Shown here: positions 18,866-28,144 of the stretch, piece by piece
How the letters are laid out: every line of letters starts with the position of its first letter
Numbering within the stretch: position 1 is the stretch's first letter
Source: an uncultured Actinomycetes bacterium
GTDB lineage: Bacteria; Actinomycetota; Thermoleophilia; Gaiellales; JAICJC01
DNA length: 64,000 nt
Direction of reading: 5' to 3'
Assembly (NCBI GenBank): GCA_963709425.1
Contig: CAVPWG010000004.1
Span: 39,971 to 103,970, forward strand
Program-made: the position numbers and the translations under genes
Notes under the pieces: model-generated
What the model was told of the DNA's origin: nothing
Databases searched by the model: none
The model's input: the letters and a program-made list of their open reading frames with translations, nothing else

Positions 18866-19570
18866 CTACCCGGGCGGGCGCGGGAGCTGGAGGAGCTGGG
18901 CCACCGAGAACACCACCAGCACACCACCCAGCGCGACCAGCCCGTATCGGGCTGCGAGCACGGGGAAGTGCCCGCTGATCCCGATCAGGAAGAGCACCGT
19001 CGCCAGGTAGACGGTGATCCGCACGTACTTGTCCGACGTTGCGCCGGCCTTGGCGCCCGCCGCAAAGAGCACGTCGGCTCTGGCGCCGTACGCCCGCGCC
19101 CGGATCAGGTCAGGTTGGCGGTACTGCCGCATGTACGTAGGCCCCGGGGGGGAGTGGGGATTCGTCGTCGGGTTGGTGGCCAACCAGGCGTCGAAGGCGA
19201 CCCGGAAGGCGGGCGAGAACCGCCGCTCGGCGAGCTGCATCCCCCGCTTGTCTCCCGCGACGTACGCCGTGAACCACGCGCTGAACGTGGAGGAATCGAA
19301 GTTCCGCTGGGCCAGGGACTCCAGGTCGGCGCGGTTGGCCTTGCTGCGCGAGGCGGCCGCGGACGCCAGCGAGACCGACGAGTCGGTGTTCCACTTGGCC
19401 GCCGAGTATCCCGAGTAGGCGGCCAGGATCGCGACAACGGACAGCAGGACCGCCTCGCTGATCGTGACCCAGCGTGCGCGCCGGTGCTGATCGTCCTTGG
19501 CGGTCGCTGCGTGCTTCGCGTGTTCTCCGATCTCCTTGCCGACCTCGGATCCGGACAGCCCCTCAGGCAT
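18866..19570 (-). CDS. DUF4337-like membrane protein (paralog B)
   Basis: Start MPEGLSGSEVGKEIGEHAKH at 19570. Shared pattern with paralog A: F(R/S)PAF..(W/A)(I/L)AT.P......P..P..M.QY, plus two terminal TM helices. Confidence 0.55.
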   Translation of the reverse strand: MPEGLSGSEVGKEIGEHAKHAATAKDDQHRRARWVTISEAVLLSVVAILAAYSGYSAAKWNTDSSVSLASAAASRSKANRADLESLAQRNFDSSTFSAWFTAYVAGDKRGMQLAERRFSPAFRVAFDAWLATNPTTNPHSPPGPTYMRQYRQPDLIRARAYGARADVLFAAGAKAGATSDKYVRITVYLATVLFLIGISGHFPVLAARYGLVALGGVLVVFSVAQLLQLPRPPG

Positions 19571-19740
19571 CTGACCTCGATTCTGGCGCCGCCCCCATCC
19601 TGGCGATCGGGGCTCGCCGCTGCGGTCGTGTGCGCCCGCCAGTCGTGCCCAGGTCGGCACCACCGACTTCATGCCATTGGCATGAGGGCGCCAGGCGGAG
19701 CGGAGCCCATAGTCCGTGGACACCGACGGAGGAGGTCACG

Positions 19741-19923
19741 ATGAACGGTTGGTGGCTCGGTGCCATCCTGTTCGTCCTGATCTGGGTGGCCATCGCGTTC
19801 TGGCCGGCCCGGGTCGCCGCCCGCAAGGGGCACAGCTTTCTCGGCTACTTCATCTTCAGCCTGTTCTTCTTCCCTGCGGCGCTGATCGTCGCCTACCTGG
19901 TTCGGGACCGAAGCGCCGCCTGA
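19741..19923 (+). CDS. Small membrane protein (60 aa)
   Basis: GGAGGAGG lies 5 nt upstream of ATG 19741. The product is MNGWWLGAILFVLIWVAIAFWPARVAARKGHSFLGYFIFSLFFFPAALIVAYLV, with two TM helices. Confidence 0.5.
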   Translation: MNGWWLGAILFVLIWVAIAFWPARVAARKGHSFLGYFIFSLFFFPAALIVAYLVRDRSAA

Positions 19924-19998
19924 CCGTCGATGTAGGCGCTGTCGTGGATACCCTTCCACAGTAATCCGTTCGCTGATCGTTCGTGAGGAGGACACGGC

Positions 19999-20508
19999 AT
20001 GACCGACAACCCCCGAAACCTGATCGCCGCCACGTTTCCAACCCCCGACGCAGGCTCCCGCGCAGCTGCGGCCGTGGGCGGCGCGTTCCCGGACAAGATC
20101 GGAAACGCGGCCGTCCTCTTCGTGAAGCCGGACGGAACCGCGAAGTTCGTCGAGTCGAAGGACTGGGGCGCCGGTCGCGGCGCGCTCCTGGGCGGCGCCA
20201 TCGGCATCATCGGCGGGCCGCTCGGAATCCTCGCAGGCGGCAGCATCGGCGCGCTCACGTCCAAGCTGCGGGATTCGGGCTTCAAGAACGACCAGCTGGA
20301 GCGCCTCGGCACCTCGCTCGCACCGAACAACTCCGCGGTCGTGATCGAGATCGCCGCCGACGCCGTGGATGTCGCCAAGCGGCTGCTCGAGCCGCTCGGA
20401 GCACAGGAGATCGTCGTGCAGGACGTGGACTCGAGCGTCGCCACGCTGTTCGACGGCGACGCTGAGCCCACTCCTGAGACCGACGAGGCGGCGAGCCCGG
20501 TCGGCTAG
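19999..20508 (+). CDS. DUF1269-like glycine-zipper membrane protein
   Basis: GAGGAGG lies upstream of the ATG. A central glycine zipper GRGALLGGAIGIIGGPLGILAGGSIGAL is flanked by soluble alpha/beta segments, as in the DUF1269 protein at 32034..32546. Confidence 0.6.
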   Translation: MTDNPRNLIAATFPTPDAGSRAAAAVGGAFPDKIGNAAVLFVKPDGTAKFVESKDWGAGRGALLGGAIGIIGGPLGILAGGSIGALTSKLRDSGFKNDQLERLGTSLAPNNSAVVIEIAADAVDVAKRLLEPLGAQEIVVQDVDSSVATLFDGDAEPTPETDEAASPVG

Positions 20509-20789
20509 TCCGTCATGCGGATCGCGACGTTGTACTTCGAGACCGATGAGCGCGCCCCCGGCGTGTCGCCGGCGGGCATTGCGTCCAGCGCCGCGTCGCC
20601 CCGCGCGTAGTCCTCTTCGTTCGCGAAGAACACGATCGCGACCGACCGCTCGGCTTCGGGATCATGGAGGACGATCACCTCGGTCGCCGGGATCTCCGCG
20701 GGCCTCTCGGTGCCCTCCATCTCGCGCTTCATGTCGTCGATCCGCTGCGAGCTCACTCCGTCGAACGTGACAACTCGGGCGAGGGCCAT
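20505..20789 (-). CDS. Hypothetical small soluble protein (94 aa)
   Basis: AGGAGG lies 6 nt upstream of ATG 20789. The product MALARVVTFDGVSSQRIDDMKREM...VAIVFFANEEDYARG has normal composition. No family recognised. Confidence 0.5.
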   Translation of the reverse strand: MALARVVTFDGVSSQRIDDMKREMEGTERPAEIPATEVIVLHDPEAERSVAIVFFANEEDYARGDAALDAMPAGDTPGARSSVSKYNVAIRMTD

Positions 20790-21940
20790 GTGTGCCTCCT
20801 GGTCGATTGCGGTAACCGTACAGGTCGGCCGCCCCCCTCCGCGGCCTGGCGGGCGATGTGCTTCGCGACGTAGCCGGCGTCCCTGCCGATCCCGGGAAGC
20901 ACGTCGGACGCCGCGGCGAACTGGAACACGAGCCCGGCGAAGTAGAGCCCGGGCGACGCCGTCGCGACACCGCGCTCGTGGACGGGCCGGCCGGCCTCGT
21001 CCAGCACGGGCAGGTCGAGCCACGAGAAGTCGTGCACGTAGCCGGTGCACCACACGACGTTCGCAACGTCGAGCTCCCGGCCGTCCTCGAGCACCGGGTG
21101 GCCGTCGTGCACGCCTGCGACCCGCGCAACGCGCTCGACCCCCCGCTCGGCGAGCTCCTTCGACTTCACCCGGATCAGCGGCGTCGCCTTGGCCGCGGCC
21201 TTCGGCCCGACTCGGCGCCCGATCGGCGTCCGCTTCGTCAGCACGTGGTAGCCGAGGAACCGGATCACTCGCACGACGAACCTGAACCGCAGGCTGCCGT
21301 GGCGCACCGGTATCTGGCCCGATTCCTTGCCGGAGAGCAGGATGGGGTGCGAGCGCGAGAGCTCGAATGCGATCTCGGCGCCGGAGTTGCCGACGCCGGC
21401 CACAAGCACGCCGCCGTCCGCGAGCTGGTCAGGATTCCGGTACTCGCTGGAGTGAAGCTGCACGATCCGCGGATCGAGGTCAGCCGTGAACGGCGGCACC
21501 CTGGGCGTGCGGTGCGCGCCCGATGCGACCACCACACGGCCGGCGTGGATGCGGGCTCCATCCGCGCACTCCAGGACGTATGCGTCGCCGTTGCGGGAGA
21601 GCCGCTTCACGCGCACATCGTTCCGAACCGGCAGGCCGAACCGCTGTGCGTACGCCTCGAGGTAGTCGCCCATCTCGTCCTTGGTCGGAAACGTCCAGCC
21701 GGGGGCCGGGAAGCGCATCCCCGGCAGGCCGGAGTACCGGGCCGGCGTGAACAGGCGAAGCGAGTCCCAGCGGCCCCGCCACGAGTCGCCGACGCGGGCG
21801 CCGGCGTCGAGGATCACGAACGGCCGGCCCCGTTTCATCAGGTGGTAGCCCACCGAGAGCCCGGCCTGGCCGGCGCCGATGATCACCGTCTCGAACGCCT
21901 CGGCCGGCGGCGCTCCATTCGTCGTGTTCTGAGAAGACAT
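20753..21940 (-). CDS. Flavin-containing monooxygenase-like NAD(P)/FAD-dependent oxidoreductase
   Basis: Two dinucleotide-binding motifs are present, VIIGAGQAGLSVGYHL and VLVAGVGNSGAEIA, plus WCTGY near the C-terminus. The 3' end overlaps the next gene by 37 nt. Confidence 0.8.
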   Translation of the reverse strand: MSSQNTTNGAPPAEAFETVIIGAGQAGLSVGYHLMKRGRPFVILDAGARVGDSWRGRWDSLRLFTPARYSGLPGMRFPAPGWTFPTKDEMGDYLEAYAQRFGLPVRNDVRVKRLSRNGDAYVLECADGARIHAGRVVVASGAHRTPRVPPFTADLDPRIVQLHSSEYRNPDQLADGGVLVAGVGNSGAEIAFELSRSHPILLSGKESGQIPVRHGSLRFRFVVRVIRFLGYHVLTKRTPIGRRVGPKAAAKATPLIRVKSKELAERGVERVARVAGVHDGHPVLEDGRELDVANVVWCTGYVHDFSWLDLPVLDEAGRPVHERGVATASPGLYFAGLVFQFAAASDVLPGIGRDAGYVAKHIARQAAEGGGRPVRLPQSTRRHTWPSPELSRSTE

Positions 21941-22060
21941 CCGAGTGCTCCTTGCATTCGTGGATGCCTGCACGCTACGGACCGGCCGCGCCGGCCGCCT
22001 CGCCCAAACCCACCAACTGCACGAAAGTCCGGGGTGGTCAATTCGGACCACGCCCGCGCG

Positions 22061-23711
22061 TCAGACGAGCTCGTGCTCGAACGCGAACGCGGTGGCAGCC
22101 GCGCGAGACGAGACACGCAGCTTCCCGAAGATGTTCTGCATATGACGCGCGACGGTGTGCTCGCTGACGACGAGCTCGTCTGCAATCTGACGATTCGTCC
22201 TGCCGGTCGCCACCAGGCGCAGCACCTCGAGCTCGCGCGCCGTCAGACCGTGGGCGTCGGGCGGCGCAGGCGCCGGCACGAGCAGCGCGTCCACGTCGGC
22301 GACGTCGAGGGGCGCGCCCAGGACATCGAAGGCGCTTCGGGCCGCGCCGAGCTCCAGCCTGGCGCCATCCTCGTCCCCGAGCGCACGGCACGCCAGGCCC
22401 ATCAAGAACCGGGCGCGGGCAACCTCGTAGGGCGCGTTCATGTCCTGCCAGAAGAGCACCGCCTCGCGCAGCGCCTCGACCGCCGCCGCCGGCTCGCCCC
22501 CGGCGAGCACCGCCGCGCCCCGGACCCGTGCGGCGATCGCGCCGATCATCGGGCTCCCGCTCTGCGCCGCGATCTCGGCCAGCTCGTCGGCAGCCCGGCG
22601 TGCCTCGTCGACGTCCGGGACGGCGAGCAACGCCTCGGCATACGCCGGAAGGAGCGTCGCGCGCCGCAGCGGCTGCGCCAGGCCGGAGAGGACGCGGCGG
22701 AGACCCGCCGCAGCGGCGTCGGCGTCTCCCTGTCGCAGGCGCAGGAGCGCAAGCCCCGGTTGGGGCTCGCGTCCGAACCGGCTCGCCTCTCCGTACGCCG
22801 CCTCCGCGGCGGCCAGCTCCCCACGCAGCCGGTGCAGCTCGGCCTGCTGGTAGAGCGCCTGCCCGGTCGCCGCCCGGTTGGTCGCCTGCTCGCACCGCTC
22901 CGTGGCCAGGCGCGCCTCCGCCAGCGCATCGTCCCATGCCCCGTGGAGCTGCATGATGCCTGCGCGATGGGCGAGGCAGCGGCCGGTGAACGAGACCATC
23001 TGCGGCTGGCGCTCGCACCACCGTGTGAGCGCGCTCGTCCACTCCTGCGCCCGGCGCGGGTCGAACGCCTCCTCGCAGCACGAGATCACGCCGCAGTAGA
23101 TGACACCCGTCAGGATCGGGGGGATATCCGGCGCGGTGATTGCGACCATCGCCTCGTCGAGCAGCGCCAGGCCCTGCTCGGCAGCGGCCCTGTCGCACGC
23201 GAGCCTCACCCTGGAGCAGGAATCCCACCGCGACGAGCGCGCCGTCGTTGAACCGGTCGCCGATCTCGCGTCCCTGGGCCGCCGTGGCATACGCCGTGCC
23301 GTACTCGCCTGCAGCCATGCGCTCGTAGGCCCGAGGCACGAGCAGGTAGCCAGACTCGACGCAGTCGACACCCTCACGTTCGATGAGGCGCTGCGCTCGT
23401 GAGAACCAGCCGCCCGCCGGCCCGAGGTCGCCGCGCGTCGCAAGCGTCATGCCGGCCCAGAACGCCGCCCGGGCGGCACGCAGGCCCTCGCCCGCACCGA
23501 GGTGCAGGTGGTGGATCCGCTCGAGCAACGTCAGGTACTCGTCGATGCGGCCCGTCATCGACGCCGAGGTCGCGAGCAGCTCGAGGTCGTCCGGCTCGAG
23601 CCGCGCCGCCCGATCGGCTGCCGCCAGTGCTGCGTATGCGTCGGCCCAGGCGCGGTCCGCGTACGCCTCACGGCCGTCTCTCAGATGCTCGCGCCCGCTC
23701 GTGTCGGTCAT
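22061..23711 (-). pseudogene. Large LuxR-family regulator (helical-repeat N-terminal region plus C-terminal HTH), one +1 frame switch
   Basis: The N-terminal ~170 aa (MTDTSGREHLRDGREAYADRAW...LLQGEARVRQ) lie in the frame of ORF 22038..23918. The rest (AAAEQGLALLDEAMVAI...LTARELEVLRLVATGRTNRQIADELVVSEHTVARHMQNIFGKL) lies in the frame of ORF 22061..23443. The switch is near 23185-23195. The span is 1651 nt, 550 codons plus 1. Confidence 0.75.
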
Positions 23712-23844
23712 GTTCAGGATCCTACGGCGGCCGACCGGCCCAAGGTCGAGAGGTGGGCGTACGTGAGACAATGCGTGCGCGCACGATGGACGCCGAACGT
23801 CCGACGTGCAACGATGAAACGCAGATCTCTCGCGAGGAGGAGCG

Positions 23845-24627
23845 ATGGCCACCCAGACCAAGGCCCGCCGCGTGCTGTCGGAGGCGCAGCTCGAGGAGCT
23901 GCTCTCTCTGACGCGCAAAGGCAGACACCGTCGAGCTCAAGCTGACCGTGCCCGACGCCAACCAGCGCTCGGCCGTGAGCGCACTCGAGATGGATCCCCT
24001 GGACGGGCAGATCCGTCAGGTGTTCTTCTTCGACACGCCCGACCTCAAGCTGGACGCCGCCGGGGTCGTCGTCCGCGCTCGCCGAGTTCAGGGGCGGGGC
24101 CCGGACACGGTCGTGAAGCTGCGCCCGATCGATCCCGACGCCGTCTCTGCCAGAGTGCGCAAGCTCCCGGACTTCGGCGTCGAGGTGGATGCCATGCCGG
24201 GCGGGTTCGTCTGTTCGGGTCGCTCAAGGCGCGGTCGAATCGCGACCATGTCCGAGCGGTTGCCCAGGGTGATCGTCCCATTCGGAAGCTGTTCACCAAG
24301 GAGCAGCGAAAGCTGTACGCCGACCACGCTCCGGATGGGATCGAACTGGACGACCTCTCGGTGCTTGGGCCCATCCCGGTCTTCAAGCTGAAGTTCACAC
24401 CCCCCGAGGGGGTGCGACCGCTGGTGGCCGAGCTCTGGCTCTACCCCGACGGCGGGCGCATCCTGGAGCTGTCGACGAAGTGCGCGCCGGCTGAGGCGTT
24501 CCAGGTCGCGGCCGAGGAGCGGGCGTTCCTGAGCTCGAAGGGTGTCGACCTCGGCGGCGTCCAGCAGACGAAGACGCGGACGGCGCTCGAGTTCTTCTCC
24601 AGCGAGCTCAAGGCCAAGGGGACGTGA
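23845..24627 (+). pseudogene. CYTH-domain protein (triphosphate tunnel family) with a compensated pair of frame switches
   Basis: GAGGAGGAG lies upstream of ATG 23845. Protein-like sequence runs MATQ...SLTRK in frame 1. It then runs ADTVELKLTVPDANQRSAVSALEMDPLDGQIRQVFFFDTPDL...VEVDAMPGGFVCSG in frame 2 (about 23921-24220). It returns to frame 1 with LKARSNRDHVRAV...ELWLYPDGGRILELSTKC. Frame 1 is open throughout but reads Arg-rich junk in the middle. Confidence 0.7.
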
Positions 24628-24832
24628 GCAGGCGCTAGCCGGCGAGCGAGCTCGGCCCGAGGTGGTCGCGGATGCCGCACGGCCCGGCGTAGACCAACGA
24701 CTGCAGGCCTGTGACGCTCGCCGAGGTGCCGCACATCCCGCCCGAGTGCGTCACCACCGGACTGTAGACTGGCGCGCACCAATGACCGTGCCCACCCCGC
24801 TCGGGGGTCATGGGCGCGAAAGGAGGACGAGC

Positions 24833-25213
24833 ATGGCAGTACTGAGCTTGAGCGACTTTCTGTGGTCGCTCCTGGTCATCTTCTTCATGGTGATCTACTT
24901 CATGATGCTGTTCCAGGTCATCGCGGACATCTTCCGCCGCAAGGACGCGTCGGGAGGCAAGAAGGCGCTGTGGCTGATCGCGCTTCTGTTCCTCCCGCTG
25001 CTCGGACTGGTGATCTACATGTTCGCGAACGGCGAGCACATGGCCGAGCGCAACGTCGAGACGATGCAGCGCCAGCAGCAGCAGTTCGACGAGCACGTCC
25101 GCGAGGTCGCGGGCGGGTCGGCGGCCGAGATCGAGCGGGCGAAGGGCCTCCTCGACAGCGGCGCCATCTCGCAGGCCGAGTTCGATCGCCTGAAGGCCAA
25201 GGCGCTGGCGTAG
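24833..25213 (+). CDS. PLDc_N-type membrane domain fused to SHOCT domain
   Basis: AGGAGG lies 6 nt upstream of ATG 24833. Two TM helices include KKALWLIALLFLPLLGLVIYMF. The C-terminus GLLDSGAISQAEFDRLKAKAL is a SHOCT motif. Confidence 0.75.
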   Translation: MAVLSLSDFLWSLLVIFFMVIYFMMLFQVIADIFRRKDASGGKKALWLIALLFLPLLGLVIYMFANGEHMAERNVETMQRQQQQFDEHVREVAGGSAAEIERAKGLLDSGAISQAEFDRLKAKALA

Positions 25214-25229
25214 CCGCACGACCAGGCAC

Positions 25230-25263
25230 GGCGGCTCACCCAGGACGGGCCGGGTGAGCCGCC
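25230..25263. terminator. 12-bp perfect hairpin between convergent genes (candidate bidirectional terminator)
   Basis: ggcggctcaccc (25230-25241) pairs with gggtgagccgcc (25252-25263) around a 10-nt loop. It starts 17 nt after the stop at 25213. No U-tract. Confidence 0.5.
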
Positions 25264-25376
25264 CCGAGGTCTGCGCCGGCCGCGCACTCATGCGATGTTC
25301 GCGCGCGAGTGGTCAGGCTGCGAGCGTGCTGATCGCGTCGCCGATCAGCGCCGCTCGTGATCGAGATACCGGTTCC

Positions 25377-25880
25377 TTACTGCGCGTCCGCCTCTTCCGC
25401 GGCCGCGACGCCGATCGCGACGAGGTCGCGCGGGTGGATCCACGCATCTGCGAGATGGAAGCCGCCCGCGCGCCCGATCGCGTCGCGAAGCCCGATGGCC
25501 CACCGATGCTCGAGGAGCGCGATGGCAGCCGCGCTGCCGTTTGGAATCGCGTCTGCGATGTACCACACCTCTTGGTCGTCGAGAAGATCGCTCGACACGG
25601 CCGCCTCGGCGCCGCGCACGGCTGCGATCTCGGCGGCCTCCTCTCCCCCTGCGCCGATCCCGATCAGGGCGCCGGCCAGGGCTCCGAACTCCTCGGCAGC
25701 CTCGACATCCTTCTGCTGGAACTTCTCGATCTCGCCGTCGGCCGTCTTCTGCACGACGACGACATCGATCATCCGCACGATGTCGTCTTCCCGCAGTCGC
25801 TCGATCTCGGCGAGAACCTCGCCGCGAAAGTTGGGGTCGTCGAACCCGATCACCAACACCTGCACGGGTCCCATCGTCAT
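25377..25880 (-). CDS. DUF6325/DUF1269-related protein
   Basis: GAGAGGAG lies upstream of ATG 25880. The product MTMGPVQVLVIGFDDPNFRGEVLAEIERLREDDIVRMIDVVVV...AAIALLEHRWAIGLRDAI matches my memory of that family's layout. Confidence 0.6.
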   Translation of the reverse strand: MTMGPVQVLVIGFDDPNFRGEVLAEIERLREDDIVRMIDVVVVQKTADGEIEKFQQKDVEAAEEFGALAGALIGIGAGGEEAAEIAAVRGAEAAVSSDLLDDQEVWYIADAIPNGSAAAIALLEHRWAIGLRDAIGRAGGFHLADAWIHPRDLVAIGVAAAEEADAQ

Positions 25881-25891
25881 CGCGTCTCCTC

Positions 25892-26185
25892 TCACTGCGA
25901 AAGCAGCTTCAGTTTGGCCGCCTCGAACTCCGCGTCGTCGAGGGCCCCGGCGTCCTTCAACGCCTTGAGCTCGGTCAGCTTCGCGACAAGGTCGCCGCCC
26001 GAGCTGGGCGCCGCTGCGGGCGCCGGCGGCGGGGCTGCCTGGGCCTGCTGCTGGGCCTCGAGCTGCGCGATCCGCGCGTCCTGGTCCGCGTTCATGTCGC
26101 CGCGCCGCTGGGCGCTCTTGCCAACCATGTATGCGCCACCACCGACCATCGCAGCTCGCATCAGGGGTCGCCTTCGACCGATCAT
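25892..26185 (-). CDS. SHOCT-domain protein
   Basis: The C-terminus LKALKDAGALDDAEFEAAKLKLL is a SHOCT motif. There is a Gln/Ala/Pro-rich linker. The gene lies directly downstream of the kinase gene. Confidence 0.7.
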   Translation of the reverse strand: MIGRRRPLMRAAMVGGGAYMVGKSAQRRGDMNADQDARIAQLEAQQQAQAAPPPAPAAAPSSGGDLVAKLTELKALKDAGALDDAEFEAAKLKLLSQ

Positions 26186-26230
26186 CGCGCCTCCTCCGTC
26201 AGGTACAGGGATCTCGCCGGGACACGAACA

Positions 26231-28042
26231 TTACATCTTGCCGAGCGGCACCCATCCTGTCACGATCGTGCCGTACCCCGGCTGGGACACGACGCGGAGG
26301 TGGCCGCCGACGGCGCTCATCCGCTCCACCATGTTCTCGATGCCCACACCCGGGCCCGGCGCGCGAGTGTCGAACCCGACGCCCGTGTCCTCGACCCGGA
26401 ATCGCAGCGATCCGTCGGCGGTTGCGACCCGGACGGTCGTGCGGGCGTCGGCGCCCGAATGCTTCCCGGCGTTCTGCAGCGCCTCGAGGCAGCAGAAATA
26501 GATTGCGCTCTCGGTCTCGGGGTCGTAGCGGCCGAGCCCGGTCGCGTGCACCGAGGCGGGGATCGACGACCGGCGAGCCGCGCTGTGGAGCGCACCAACC
26601 AGCCCCTCGGCGTGGAGGAGCGGCGGATAGATCCCCTGCGCGAACCGACGCAGCTCGGTCAGCGTCGCATCGACGTCGTCGGCCAGTTCCGCCATGACCC
26701 GCTTTGTCTCCGCCGGATCGACGGCATCCATGAGCCCGAGCTTGACCCGAAGCGCGATCAGGTGCTGCTGGGCACCGTCGTGGAGGTCGCGCTCGAGCCG
26801 CCGGCGCTCCTCCTCGGCCGCGGCGAGGATGCGCGATCGGGCGGCCCGGATCTCCCCCTTCAGGCGCTGGCCCTCGAGCGAGAGCAGCGTCGCCGTCCCT
26901 GCGGCCCGGAGGAGGTCGGAGCCCGCTTCCAACTCGGGATCGTGGAGGATCGCCGCCACCGGGGCGCCGCCGCGGTCGATCCTATGCCACTCGAGCTGAT
27001 CGCCCGCGGCGCCGAGCGCGGCTCCGTCGATGCCCAGATACGCCTGGTCAGGAGCGGACCAGAATGCGAGCCGCAGGGCCGAGTCGCCGAGTGCCGCTCC
27101 GACGTCGTGTTCCCATCGCCGCGGGTCCGGCCGGCGGGCAAGGTTCGCCAGCATGTCCTCCAGCGCGGATCCCGCAGCGAGCTGAGATCTGATGAGGGGC
27201 ATCGCGAACGCGATCGGAAGCAGGCCGAGAAGGATGGCGTACACCCAGCTGAGGCCGTCGACAAGCTCGACGGGCCCGCCGGCCTCTCCGGCGACCCACC
27301 GGGCTGCGACGACCGGAGCCGTGAGCACACCAATCATCACGACGCCGCCGATCGCTCGTCGCTTCGGCGGCGTCCCTGCTGCGAAGCGGCGCACGAGCAC
27401 CACCGCGATCCCGATCGCCGTAACGGCCGCGGCAGCGCCGCCGGCCCACCGTAGCGCGTCTACCACGTCGGGGGACACGCTCGCGATCCGAAGCGCGTTC
27501 TCCGGGCACCTGGTGGCGCAGGCCCCGAGCGGCTGGCCGGACCCGACGGACGGCGCGAGCAGCGCAAGGGGTACCGAGACCACGGCGGCGACTGAGACGA
27601 CGAAGCCCATCAGCGCCTTTCGGGCCCACCCGTGCAGACGGCCACTCGGGAAGGTGAGCAGACAGTACGCCCCTATGGGGAGGAGCGACGCGCGGCCGAG
27701 GACGCCGAGGGCGTAGAGCACGCCGTTGTCGGAGGCCTCCAGCGATGCGATCGCCGTGGCGACGGCGTAGACGACCAGACAGATCCCCAACCGACCGGAC
27801 TCCCGGCGACGGAGCCAGAGCGCCGCCGCCAGGCTCAGGCCCAGGATCGCCTCGGCCTCGAGAGCGGCGACCGCGCCCGGATGGGTCAGATGCCGGCTCG
27901 CCAGCGCTGTCACCGCCGCTGCGAAAGCGGCAACGCCGACGAGCGGCCACAGCGACGGACGTCGGACGTGTCGGAACGCGGCCGCAAACAGATCGCGACC
28001 ACTCAAGTCCCGTGACGCAGAGATCCTCCCGGCGTCGGGCAC
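26231..28042 (-). CDS. Membrane sensor histidine kinase, HisKA_3/NarL-partner type (HK1)
   Basis: H-box is ERRRLERDLHDGAQQHLIAL, N-box is CLEALQNAGKHSGA, G-box is EDTGVGF...GVGIENMVERM. The N-terminal half is polytopic and contains ACATRCPENAL. Confidence 0.9.
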   Translation of the reverse strand: MPDAGRISASRDLSGRDLFAAAFRHVRRPSLWPLVGVAAFAAAVTALASRHLTHPGAVAALEAEAILGLSLAAALWLRRRESGRLGICLVVYAVATAIASLEASDNGVLYALGVLGRASLLPIGAYCLLTFPSGRLHGWARKALMGFVVSVAAVVSVPLALLAPSVGSGQPLGACATRCPENALRIASVSPDVVDALRWAGGAAAAVTAIGIAVVLVRRFAAGTPPKRRAIGGVVMIGVLTAPVVAARWVAGEAGGPVELVDGLSWVYAILLGLLPIAFAMPLIRSQLAAGSALEDMLANLARRPDPRRWEHDVGAALGDSALRLAFWSAPDQAYLGIDGAALGAAGDQLEWHRIDRGGAPVAAILHDPELEAGSDLLRAAGTATLLSLEGQRLKGEIRAARSRILAAAEEERRRLERDLHDGAQQHLIALRVKLGLMDAVDPAETKRVMAELADDVDATLTELRRFAQGIYPPLLHAEGLVGALHSAARRSSIPASVHATGLGRYDPETESAIYFCCLEALQNAGKHSGADARTTVRVATADGSLRFRVEDTGVGFDTRAPGPGVGIENMVERMSAVGGHLRVVSQPGYGTIVTGWVPLGKM

Positions 28043-28144
28043 GCCGTCCCCTTCCTTGGAGCCTATCGTGTCCCATTGCGGACGCTACACCGGGCGGTCA
28101 CATGTGGGCAACACCCCTCACCACACCGTTACAATCGCCGCAGC

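Noticed and set aside
24635-24736. A 33-aa Cys-containing minus-strand ORF (MCGTSASVTGLQSLVYAGPCGIRDHLGPSSLAG) in the 205-bp gap upstream of the PLDc_N-SHOCT gene, considered as a possible RiPP precursor or small protein.
   Set aside because: It has no convincing RBS and no adjacent maturation enzymes. It is the tail of a longer junk antisense ORF (24635..25291), so there is nothing beyond chance to support it.
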